DNA of 64,000 nucleotides, taken from NCBI GenBank assembly GCA_964035545.1, contig OZ037771.1, positions 14,073,133-14,137,132 on the forward strand, given 5' to 3'. Below the pieces are notes generated by a model that saw nothing but the letters and a program-made list of their open reading frames with translations, was not told the origin of the DNA and searched no databases. Origin of the DNA: Bugula neritina. Taxonomy: Eukaryota > Animalia > Bryozoa. Positions 1 to 12,882 of this stretch are shown here, one piece after another; the first letter of the stretch is position 1, and each line of letters starts with the position of its first letter. A program made the position numbers and the translations under genes.

Positions 1-170
1 GTTTGCACTCATACTGATAGTGATACTCATGGTCATACTCATACTGATACATTAACTCATAGTATCAGACATCAGTGATACATATACTTATAGTTATAGT
101 ATACTCATAGACTTACAGTTAGAGTGATAGTGATACTCATACTGAATCTGGTACTCATAATCATACTGAT
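1..170. repeat. Degenerate hexamer low-complexity repeat (ATACTC/ATACTG/ATAGTG)
   Basis: Repeated atactc/atactg/atagtg units are visible directly. Confidence 0.7.
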
Positions 171-3137
171 AGCAGGGTTAGGGTCAATTATATATGAATG
201 TAATTAATTACAATTACAAGATAATTTGTCAATTACATTTATAATTACCGTTGAAATAAATGTGAATAATTATAATTACTGCTGCTGCCTACTATGCTCA
301 GTTATAACTTACAGTTATGTGTCACCTAATATAAACATGTGTAAAACTCATGCAGGCACTTTGTTTTTAGACTATTATTAGTGCTATAATATCTTTTACT
401 ATGTTTAATAACTTTAGAAATAAGTCAAAGAAAGAAACTAACTGAAAAAAGTAAGTAGGCGTCATAGGGTCTCAACAACCACCATGTTTTAATATTGTGA
501 ATAAAATGTAACTGCAGGTGAATAACAATTCCAATTGTAATTTGATGTACTCACATTATTTTAATTCTAATTTTAATTGTTATAACATATGGAGTTAAAT
601 TTAAATAATTTTGCCTCAATTTAATAAACAGCCATAGGAATATTCTAGCTCAGTTTATATTACCTAATAGTAAAGTAACTTATTGCAGTTCTTATACTTA
701 TTCATTTTTCCCTAATCAATTTTTGACTTGGACAATGTTTAAAAGTAGGCTAGGACTATGTCTGATTTCAGTCACCTAATTGGATTGATGCTCATAGCAT
801 TTACAATGCTAATATGCATATAGTTACATATATTAATTTGTGAAAAGTGGTTGGTTGGGTGAAATTAAATAAACTACTAGTGATTTCATTTAGCTGTGCA
901 TTTACTATTCGAATAATTTAGTTTTGTTTGCTTAACATTGTGTCGCCCCTTTCTTGATTTGTACCTGTTGTGCTGCTTTTGAACCATCTTGCTGCAGCAT
1001 ATTATGTTGATTATGTGTAGTATCCACATCTAATTTTAATGAGTAATTTACAAGGTATCTCACGATATTTATTTGTCAGCTTTATGAATCTCTTTTAATG
1101 GTGTTATACAGAACTGACAATTGATTCAGGCTGTTATAGTGGGTTTGCTAGTTGCTGTAGTTAGAATTGTTGAGAGAAACTCCATTCTAACATTGCCTAA
1201 AAGTCTCCTACTGCCTTAGGTTTTTATTTCATGTGAAAACCAGTAGTTTACTAGTGCAAGTGTGTGTATGTGCATGCATATAACTATGTAAATGAAGCAC
1301 CATCATGGTTCTATAGTCAATGAGACTCAAGTTGTATGATGATACAGTTAGGAAGTAGTAGATAGTAGGAAGCCTATTTTCAACTTCAGTACAGTTGCGT
1401 TTATTAAATAATTACCTATAGTTTCTCCAAAATTATATGCAGTAAAATTATTAAAGTAATGATTTTATCTCTCATCATTCGGTGCTGCCTATTATCCATG
1501 TCATTATTTTGTCATCTAGTGGGGCAAGGTTAGATAACTTCAAATTAGTTACATTAAAATTGCTTTTAATAACGCTTTTTATCAGCATGCATTTTTGTTG
1601 TTATTTGGTACTTTCATATTAAAATAGTTGTGGAAAATATGACAGTATTAAAACGTATTGCTGTGATGCTTTATCTAAGCTATTGTTGTGGGCCATATTT
1701 TGTATATATCGGTTGTGTCAACCCAAAATAAATGGCTGTCTTGAAATTATTGGCAATTATAAACATATCTTTTGCAATGTACAGTTCGTTTAGTTTATAG
1801 TAAAATTAAAATACATAGTTTTAAGGTATCACGATTTTAATTAAATTCCAATTAAAATAGTTTGACTTGTGTGCACTATTTAAAAGACAGACAACTCCCA
1901 CTTGACATGCAAGAATGCTTGATTTTAAAACCTCCTGTTTCAATTAAGAATTGGCCAACAAAAGTGTTAGTGGTCGTAATTATACACTGAAAGTAGAAAG
2001 CTTGGGTCATGAATTACAAATTAAATATTCAATAAGCATAAATATCACATGCCCTTTTTGTTGTACTATTAACTATTTCAAGGTGAATGATTGTTGCTGC
2101 AGCTGCTTCATCATGCTGATAGATGTATTTAAAAACTTCCCCTAAAGGTTTTATTAGAGTAGTAATTTTTCTGGTTGAGCAACCACTTTTGTATACTGGT
2201 TTTATTTAAAGGATAGGTTTTGCATTTGCATTTGTCTTTTCAGGTAGACTTTGAGAGAACAACTCCATGTTGCCTGTTAACTGTTTTCTACCAAGAGAAA
2301 AAACATCTGTTAAATTCTAGAAGTTTGATGTGGAAAGAATATTATATGCTGTGGAAAAAGACCTTTTAATAGCAATAAACTTATGCTGTGATTTGTTTTC
2401 AGTGATAGTTTTTATACACTCTTGTAGATAATCATTGTACTATAGTGAGACAACTCCAAAATCTTATGCATTAGACAGTCTAGTAGAATAGAGTCATATT
2501 TTTAAACCAGTGATGTATTGTCATTGTGTCTATTGCAGTAGCCTTTTTACGAAATAAAGTGCAATCCTAGATAGATATTGGCTCTAGATCTATATAAAAT
2601 AGTAGCCAGTTGAATGCAGGCTGTAAAACACATAGCAGCATTTAATATTTAATATGTTGTGTAGCTTTGCGGAGGTATTTAATATATTAAGGCTTGCTGA
2701 GCAAAGTTAATTGTAAAACAAATTGACAATTAGCTGTTAATGCATTATCCTCAGTGTTCTGTGTTTTGGAAAGTATTAATGGCAAGATATAGGCTAGACA
2801 AGCAATTTAATAAATAAGGTGTGTCTATGGGAGTTGTCTTCTCAGAGATGCTGTTTCCATGCTTACTACAGTAGCCATAACAACATGCATGCATAGACTG
2901 CACACGTTAAATTTGAGAAATTTGATTTGTTGAAAGCAGTGACTTGAGCGGGTCAACATTTATGAAAAATTCTCTTGGACAGCTTTTGTCCTATTGCTTC
3001 AACTCTCAGGGCCCAATCAGCTGAAGACAGCTTGGCCTGATCAGGACAGGGTGGGTTAGCACGTCCAGTGGTCTGTTTGAGTCCTATCTCCTAAAAATTC
3101 TTCAGCCAAATGAGCTGAAAAGACCGACTGATGCACT

Positions 3138-5157
3138 GGTAACCTTTTACCATTGGCCTAGTTATACTAGGCTGAAATGGATAGAACTTTCCTCAGGATG
3201 TGAGCTTATCCTGATCCTAGTAAGGGTGTCTGCTGAATTAATGAGCATTTGTTTTCAGCTACTCCAAGTAGTGTCAGCCAGTCTACAATCTTGTATAAAA
3301 CTCCAAAGGCTCCAGTTACAACGGAATGACTTTTTTGATGTTTTTCGAAGGCGGGTTTATTCTAGTGCTAAATTCTGATATTTTCCTAACTTTTCGAATT
3401 TTTTTCTTTTACTCTGTAGTTAACAGGGACTGTGATATCAATTATCGTTGTTTCAGCATTATGCTTGTCAACTACTAATATATCGGGTCTCCTAACTTTG
3501 ATGACTACGTCAGTGTGTATGTTAAAATCTTACAAGGTTTTTACATTATCATTTTCCAGTACTGATTCTGCTTGATGGCCGTACCAATTCTTACTTTTCT
3601 GAAACCCACGAAGTTCACACAACTACTATTGAAATTATCAATGCCAAAAGGTTGTGTTTTTTCATATATTCTCCTTCTGCTACCTTCTCAAACTCACTCA
3701 ACACGTGCATCGAAGTTTTGTCTCTTGCGTTACACATTCCACACTTCTTGCTACCCTGTTCTCTCACCATAGCCACTTTATAATTTCTAGTAGTGAATAG
3801 TTGATCTTGCGCAGCTGTCAGCAGTCCTTCTGTTTCCTTTTTCAGCCAACCATACTTCAACCAGTTCCAGGAAAATGCTTTCATGTCTTCCACCATTTTG
3901 ATGATGTATTGACCACGTGAAGCTTTTCTTTACACTCATCAGTTCTTTCTATCACTTTATCATTATTTAGTTCTACTGCCGTTTTGTCTTTTAGGAAGGT
4001 ATTCAGTGTGGTGTTTCTATCAGTCTATGTTTTATTTATGTAGTCTGACATGCTGCAGTTTTCAATCTTTATGCATTTTTCAGTTGACAACATTCTTCTA
4101 CCGCCTTCCCTTCTGCTAAAATACAGCCTGCCTACATCTGCTCTCGGATAGGGTGCACGGTTTGTTGTCATTAGCTTCCTTGTCTTTCAGTCCATATTTT
4201 TTAGCTCATGAAACAGTTCAGTCAAGTATTCTAGCTGTGTAATGCACTGCTGTTACTGCCCATGTGTTTATTGCTTTGATTGTGTTCTCACCATTCAGTT
4301 TTGAATCCAGAACTTTTCTTATTTGTTTGTAGTACTCCTTGATCTTATTTTTCATTTCATATATTAATTTTGTATTCTATCAATCTCAAGAACTACTAGA
4401 TATTTATACGGCTTCTCACCCAGATCTTTGATTACCTGTTCATCAGGCAAACTGATTCCTGTGTCCTTGATTTTCTTTCCCTTTCTCATAACCAGTGTGG
4501 CACATTTTTTAATCCAAATTTCATTTCTATATTCCTTGTGAAGATCCCGGCAGTGTTTACCAAAGCTTCCAGTTCTGACTTTGATTTCCTATTTACCTTC
4601 AGGTCATCCACATATAGGAGATGGTTTGTTTTCTGTCTCGTCGAAATTTGCATCATTGAGCCGCTTCTGTCATGCGAATCGGTAGTTGGAGAAAAGGGAT
4701 AGAGATAAAGAGTTTCCTTGGAAAATTCTTAGTTTGATCTTAATTTTTCCTATCTTTTCTTCCAGGTATTTCAGTTATGTTTTCATGGTTTCATGCTTTT
4801 TCTTATCAACCTTATGACATTAATTGCTATTCCAGTTGTTTGCATCGTTTCTAAGATCTAATTTCCTTGTCTTTACATATGCTCCAATTTGTTGCTAACT
4901 TTATTTAGTCATTCTGCATTGGTATTATTTTTAGTTGGCTGACCCCATATATTTTATCAGAATGCTTTTGATTTTTTTGTCAGGTGCCTCTTTAGATGTA
5001 CATTCATTTCCTCGTAATTCTTGATAAAAGCGCTTATCATTGTAAACATTGTGTTCTGATTATATTGATCAACTCATTCTGTATATCTGTTTATCTTCTG
5101 GCTTACAGCTCTCAGGTTTTGCTTCAGTTTTTCAATCACTACACCACACTCTTTGTT
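3138..5157 (-). mobile_element. R4/Dong-like non-LTR retrotransposon, copy A, 3' portion (RT, zinc knuckle, restriction-like endonuclease); decayed
   Basis: Minus-strand motifs NHLLYVDDLK (~4600-4627), YKYL and LNGENTIKAINTWAV. Also KKETEGLLTAAQDQ..CxxC..H and RPDI. Many stops and frameshifts. Colinear with 40330-42343. Confidence 0.9.
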
Positions 5158-6070
5158 CCCAACTAACAAGAAACGTTTATACAACCTTTGGATGTGTTGT
5201 CAGAAGGTTTTGTTCACAACATTAGAATCAAACATTTCCGTTTAACGTTATGGTAATGTTTGATAAATGTTTAAAGTCAACATTTTAGTCAAACATTTAA
5301 CAAATGTTGAGAAAAGTTGTTGTATAAATGTATATCACAACGTTCATTAAATGTTTGACCCAAACATTGTAACAAAACATCCATTAAACGTTGATAGAAT
5401 GTTTCAAAGCAACGTTTGTTCTAAACATGAAATTAACGTTATAACCCAACGTTTAATAAATGTATTTTCCAAAGGTTTATTAAGTGTTTGAAAAAAAGGT
5501 TGTATTAATGTTGTTTTCAAAACATTCTATCAACTGTGTCAACAAACTGTTTCAATAAAACATTAATACAACGTTTATACAACATTTCAATACAACGTTT
5601 CTTTCAAACGTAACCACAATGTTTTAATTCAACGTTCAATAAATGATTTTTACCAAGGTTAATAGAATGTTTGATAAAAAGGTTGGATCAATGTTTTTTC
5701 AAAATGTTTTATAAATGTTTTAACCAAATGGTTTTACTAAACATTTATACAACATTCATAGAACATTTCAAACAACGTTGTTCTGCAAACATAAACATAA
5801 CGTTTTAACCCAATGTTAAAGAAACGCTTGATACCAATGTTGTTCAAATGTTTGATAAAATGGTTGCATGAATGTATTTTGAAATGTTGTATAAACCTTT
5901 TTTCAAAAAGGTTTTCAAAAAACATCAATAAAACGTTACTTCAACATTTCAATGCAACGTTTTTTCTCCAATATGAAGTTAATGTTATAAAACAACGTTA
6001 CTAAAACAGTTTCTCAGTAAGGTTACTAAAATGTTTTAAAAAAATGTTTCATCAATGTATATTATAAACA
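5158..6070. repeat. Left subterminal AACGTT/AACATT/AATGTT array of the giant element
   Basis: Dozens of aacgtt-like palindromic cores at ~11-12 bp spacing. Confidence 0.85.
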
Positions 6071-9000
6071 TTGTATAATCTATTTTTACACAACTCAAAT
6101 ATTCAGTTTTGTAGTTGGAGTTGCGGACTCTCTCTATTTCTACAACTATGCTTATAATTATTTTATAGTGTTATATAAAGTTTGATGTAAAGCAAGAACT
6201 TTTGTAATTATAAACAATAATTTATTAGAGCAAAGAAGAAAATATCTAAAGTGTTTCCTAATAAAAGATTGAAATTGAAGGGCAACTTTTTACTGGTTAT
6301 GGCAAGTTATTTTTATTGATAATTGATGACAATATAATGAAGAAATTTGACCTGTTGAGTAGGAAAACTTAAGCTAAAAAAACATAAACAGTGTATTTAT
6401 GAAAAAATTAAATAACAAGTTTATTGGGTGATCATGAGTTTAATTATAGTGGGTTGCATAAAAGCTAGCGTCAAAAGCTAGCTAATAGCTTGCTTGACAG
6501 CTATATATAGTGATTAAAACAAAACTTTAATAATTTACAAAATGTGCTTGCTGCACTTTAAAAAATAACGCTGATGTTAAATTATGCCTTAGTTACCGGA
6601 GTAGTATTGCGCAATCTATCTTAAGTAAAAATTCGCTTGATTGGATGAAGTTTTTAAGAGTTGTCTGTTACTGAAAATATGTTTTTGAAAATTCGTTCAG
6701 GTTATATTTTGTTGACTCTTAATATTCAAAATTGAAATTGCACCAGAGTTCTGTAAATAAAATATTGTAATGGACTTGAATGTTATATGTCCGAAATTTA
6801 ATTAAGTCGAAGTGTAACATAAGGCGTTATTGTGAAATATTTTCCCTTCAATTTTGCCTTCCAATGCAACTAGGATAATGTATATTGGAAATATAACTCC
6901 TTATTAAGTTATAATTAGGTTTTTACGTGTGCATGTGTGCATGTGTGCACATGGTTCGTGCATGCGTTGACATTTTTGCCTGTTTTGGTGTAGATAGAAT
7001 TAAAGACAATTCCATTTTGAAATTTATTGTGGGAAACTAAGTTGTATTTTCATATCAATTCAAGTCCAATGCTGCCACTTGAGAAATTTTTAAAAAGTAA
7101 ACAGATTTTTTTTAAAATGCAACTATATACATAATAGATACTAGGCATAATTAGAGACAGCTTTTTTCTTATGGTAACTTTTAGTCAGCAAATAAACTGG
7201 AAATGCTTATTAAAAGCATGCAAATGCCTTTCCTACTCAACATGAGATTTTCTTTCAAAATTATAAAACAGCGTTAACTGGAATCAATCGATATATATAG
7301 CTCTGTTAGACGGCATCAATAATTAGGCCATCAGTTGTAAAATATGATTATCTACATCTATTTTATTTAACTAACAGTCAAACTTCAACTTGTTTATTAT
7401 TTTATACAAACTCGATGGTCATTTAACTACCTTGCACTATACCTTGCTATTTTGAAGGTTCAATTTTACAGTGTATTCAAAGCAATTCTTTTGTTAGCAG
7501 TATAAATATATTATGCTAAATCTGGAACTTCTTTATTATAAACCAAGATGCAATGTCCATTTTGTTGCAAATTTCTGATATCCTCTCTAGTTAGATAAAT
7601 TCTTTTGGCTATAGTTATATAGATAGGCTAAGAGCACTTGCATCGTTTATATCCTTAGTAAAGCTGTAGGGAGCCAGATTTATATGTTTTCATCCGACTT
7701 ATTATAATATTATATAACCTAGGCGTTTCAAGCAATGCAATATAGGATGTTAAACCAATTAAAATAATACAATCTTTTAAGAGGTATCCTTTCATTTGCT
7801 GCATTTACACAGGAAATATGTGAGCTGGTTTAGAATTTACAAACTTGTAGTATAAATTTCATATTTATAATCAGATTTTGCAATGCAGGTTTTTTAAACT
7901 CTATACATCTGCACTGCAGAATACACCGGTGCACTGCTTTTCTTTTAAACTCTGAATGAATAAAATTTATATCCTCCAACACATGTGCCAGCCCTTCATC
8001 TGTAATGAAAACTCATCCTGAACTTTTTGCCAGTTGTATAAAGTCAATCAAAATTGTATACCTCAAACAAGATCCAAACAGATTTGCCGACATATAAAAT
8101 TAAAATTCACTAAAAACACATTATAGTGTCTATAATCTTTTTATGCTCTCGATTTTAACCTTTATAATAAGATTTTATCTTAACTTCAAAACATGTTTAT
8201 TTTTAACAATATTGGCCTATAAACTCTGAAGAACATGTAATTTCAATACTCCAAAATATTACTTTTCAAAACATTGAAGACACCCTGAGATTCTACTGCC
8301 TTAGAACCTTTTTGACTTTTAGTCGTAACTTTTGTAGATTATAAATATTATCGATTGATTATATATACTGTCATCGCAGATATAGATGGTTCCCATTTAT
8401 TATAGATGCTAAGCTAAATTTCCTACTTGAATGTATCTTACATGGACACTATTTGTTTATTTCTGTACAATAATATATATTCTATATTTATTTGAATAAT
8501 ATTAAAATATATCATAGTTAAATAAAGTTGGATCAATTGTTTGTTATATCCAGTACATGAATAAATTTCTGTGATCTGTATTGATTTTAATTTGATTTAA
8601 TTTAATTGCATTTAATAATTTTGCATATTCTCTACTTCTTGTTGATTGAAAAATAATGTGTTAATAGGTATTCATTAAAATAATGTTTATTATTAACATA
8701 TTACTGTTTTTGCCATGAGCAATTCTGTGAAATGTGAACTATTATTCCAGATACTTAGATAATTAGCTATTATAGCTATTATAGCATAGATCAGCTATAT
8801 TTTAGCAATCAATCTACAGTTATATAGCTATATATATATATATATATACATTATAAAGGTACCAAATTGAAGAATAGGTTTAACAGCTGGAAATAGTCTG
8901 CAACTAGACACGAGTTTTCCTTATAAACACCAGAAGACAATAAATTTCTATTCAGTGTTGAAAGCGCATGCACCAGAATAAAGATTAGAAGCTTTCCTAC

Positions 9001-12000
9001 CAATGAAAAGGAGATAAATCTAGTATATAATCATCTATAGCTCTAAATGAACCAGAGCTAATTGACATCATTACTATATTCTATTACACTAGAAGTAATT
9101 AACTTCATAAAAAGTTTTTGCATGAGACAATAGATATGGATAACTATACTGAAGTTAATAGATATATTATACTAGCTTACATATCTAACTGAGCTATTTA
9201 TAGCAATAGTGCAGTGTGAATTGTGTGAATACTACTACAGTGTTCAGTAGTAACAGAGTAAACTATTATAAGTCTCATTTGCTGGCATACTTTGATTATA
9301 TTTATAATATGCTGTGCATAATACCAGTATTTCAAACAAATTTCACAACTACTCAGATACTATTTGACAGAATAGATATTTCCTATGTTTTGTCATAGAC
9401 CGGTAAAAATAACTACTTCTTGCTGTAGGCCACTTTAAAAGACTAGCTACTATATATTAGTTTTATGTTGATTGACCATTGTAATTTTAATTTATCTGAG
9501 CAACTGAAAGCCCAAATTTAATAGTTATTTATTAATATTTTGCTGATAAGTTCTATTTCTAGTACATTAGCATGGAACCTATTGGCTGGCAACGTGGATA
9601 GGCTATAATTTGTTTTAAGGGTGACTAGTCAATATTCAATAAAATAAAACTGTTATAAAGTATTTTATTGAAATATTTTGTCTACCAGCCAAAATGCTTT
9701 GACAGTTGTACCCTGAACTATTTAAAGAGTACAATGCTAAATGGTGGGAACCAAGTACTTTACTTCTAAACTGTAGGATAAATAGAGCAAGCTACAAAAT
9801 AAAATATTTTAATAGTTTCAGTTGTTGCCTTTCTAGTTATATTTTAATGAACTAACTATTGTATTGGAAACAAGCACAGCTTTTACGCAGATGGTCACAA
9901 CTGTTATTAGAGCATAGCCACTTTATAATTGATATTTTCTTGTGAAACGTGTAAAACATCTAAAGAGCTTTTGTGAAAATAATCTTAGACTACAAATTTA
10001 AAGCAAGAAATACGCCATTTATGATGTAAAAGTGATTTCTACGTTTTGATTAAATCTGTTTGGTTGACTAAAAGTTCTAGGTTTCTAAACAAGGATGGTC
10101 AGCACTAGCATTTGCAATATATTTTTATGTCTCTTGGCATATTTTTTAAAAACCCCAAGGAAATATATTATCAATTTATGAAGTATGAAGTGTTATGTTT
10201 TTTAAATAAAAACACTTTGCAACTTGTAAGTTAAAATTTTTATGAAGTGCTTATTCTTATTCTTTATACTATAGTAGTTGAAGCTTGTGAAGTAATATTT
10301 CCTTTGACATCCTTTTTTCTCAGAGCAACATTAAAAACCTTCAATTTGCCTATACAGGGACAAACAACTTTAGAAGTAAATAACACTCTTAGAAAGATGG
10401 GTTTTGGGTTCATAAAAGCTACAAATGCTTATGTTTACTTTCACCAGCCAACTACTAATTTCAAGAAAAAATACCTTTGTTTGCAGTGCTTTAATAACAA
10501 CACCTGTATCATGTTCCCCAGATGGGGTGATAGGCAAATACTGGTCTGTAACATACCATACACAAAGTTAATATACATGAATGACATTTATCCATTGTAC
10601 ATTTTACTTTTAGGTTTTACAAATAAAAATATATTACATCGAATTTTCTCAACAAATCAGTTTTTACATAAACTAGTGAATTTATCTCACATTGCCTATA
10701 TTTTCACCAACTGATAGATAAAATTTGAACAATAGCGGTTAGAACAAACCCATCATATAGATGCACTGAGCATGGAAAACGGTTTCATCCCAGTTAGTCG
10801 ATTTTTTATTTTGGTACGATATATATAACAATATACAAATATAACTGTTGCCTTTACTGCTGAAGATTAAATAAACTACCAAGCCAGCTATTTGCTTTAA
10901 CTCAAAACTAGTTTAGCTACAGTTTATTTTAGTCAGAATAACAGAGTAAAATGCACGAATGCTTTCATGGTATATCGCATACTGCTATATTGCAAATTTT
11001 TCTTATTATATTTTGTCTGTCTTTTACCTTTAAGTTTAAGGTTTGTGCAAGATGGCTTCTTATAGAAGCATTGTTACTGTAAATGGCTTGCTGGTGGCTT
11101 CTTGCTTTCTATTATGTGCTAAATAATAGTATAAAATACATATATTACGCTATAATTTACATATATGGTAAAAGTGGGAACCATTTAAGTAGAATGACAC
11201 CGCTGGTATATCTCACCATAATAACTTAAATAAATTTTTTCAAGTTCAAGTGCGCATTGCATGTTTCTAAAAATATTTGTAGCAAATTTTGCATATATTG
11301 AGCATAGAATTTATTAATACTTTAAAATTTAATTGTGGCCATGCTGTTGAAAATTATGCGTTTGAAAATATTCCTCAAGGCTTGCTGGGCTGCTTATAGC
11401 TGCAGCTGTTGCTGGTACAACGGACAATACATTCTGTCCTTGTTATTATAGCAACAATGAGTTATTAAATTTAGCATTTGGGTGATTATGTAAAATTTTG
11501 GAACGTAGTATGAAACTAATGAATTAGTTAGCTGGCATATAATGGGTTTGTTTACAGTTGAGCTATTATTTAGAATTAGTAACACAAATTCTGAGTGAAA
11601 TATTCTAAGTTTTGTTCTTTGCTATAAGAAATTGTATCTACAATGTTTAGGAAAGCCCCCTGTGATAACTCCATGTAACAGATAAAGTGTCTGACAGAAA
11701 TGGCACAGGTACATGCATGAGCAATATTGGCACAATTATTAATGGTAAGGTAATAATGACAAATTAAAGAGTAGGTAAGATGTAACAGTGATGCTAAATA
11801 TTTCCAAACCCCCAACTACCCACCGTTACCTGCAGTGTTGGTACTAATTAATTTAGTCTTACCAGTTTGAATAAAGTCTATGTTTCAATGCAAGAACCTA
11901 GGTCTTAGACCAGCAAGATGTATTTCAAACTATAATTAAGAATAGATGGCAAGGTGAGCTGAAAGTTTTACACGCAGTCTTTAGTAAAAATTATTGGTAT

Positions 12001-12503
12001 AATAGTTTGTTGTACCCTTTATTATTAGAATTAGAAAATACAATTAGCCAGTAAACACTATACTGCAATTAAGTATTAGACGCTAAGGCAGTTCACAAAG
12101 ATACTACTTTAAGTTAAAATTTTATTGGTTGGGATAGCACTGAGTTTTAGCAAAATAATCTTTACAGGGTGATTTTTACCTATGCTTCCTAATGTACAAA
12201 ACATTTTTCAGAATAGTTTCTGCAACTACATTAAAGTGCAAGTTTGGTAAATATTGTAGAGCTGCTAATAATTCCTAATGACAGCCCAGGAAGCATCTTT
12301 ATTTAAACAAGCGCATATACTACCAACTAGAATCCAGTTGGTGGGTTAGCTTGTTGGAATAGCTTACTTTAAGGTTGTACATTCAACACATAAGTTCGTG
12401 AATTGAACATCACCATTATCTAAATACCAAATAAATGTTTCATTCATGCTGTAACAATAAAGCAACATGTATTGTGAGTTGATGCCCAGGTTAAAGATGG
12501 CAC

Positions 12504-12794
12504 GATTTTGTAAAATTGACAAAAGCAAAAATGCAAAGGTAATAATAGCACAAGCAACAATGGCACACTTTCAATATTATGGTTTGAGGTAGGGGGTCGG
12601 GTTTAGAATAGAAGTTTGATTTTAGGGTTGGATTCAAGGGTTGGCGACTTGAGTTTCAGGTGGGTGGTTTAAATTTGGGGTTTGAGAAAGTTTTGCATCA
12701 GTTTGCTATTTTTACCTAACTTTCCATTTGTGCCATATCACCTGTGCCATTTTTACCTGTGCCTTTTTTATCTGTGCCATTTTTATTTGAAATC
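12504..12794. mobile_element. Degenerate foldback/MULE-like MITE
   Basis: aatggcaca-like repeats at the left, inverted tgtgccatt repeats at the right, and a G-rich ggttt/tagggtt centre. A further relic lies at ~21080-21135. Confidence 0.5.
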
Positions 12795-12882
12795 ATTGCG
12801 AGTGATTGGCTAAAAGAACATATATATGCACTAAAATTCAGTAGTAGAAAATATGTCTTGTCTCATCATGTGACAGATTGGT

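Noticed and set aside
173-620. CAGGGTTAGGGTCAATT as telomeric repeat or intact hAT MITE
   Set aside because: Only one TTAGGG is present. It looks like a hAT MITE left end, but no right TIR or TSD was found.
3015-3135. Hammerhead ribozyme (CTGAAGA...GAAA) beside the R4 3' end
   Set aside because: Stems I-III could not be formed in the canonical arrangement on either strand.
5737-6004. Overlapping 63 aa ORFs on both strands
   Set aside because: Chance ORFs in the palindromic subterminal array.
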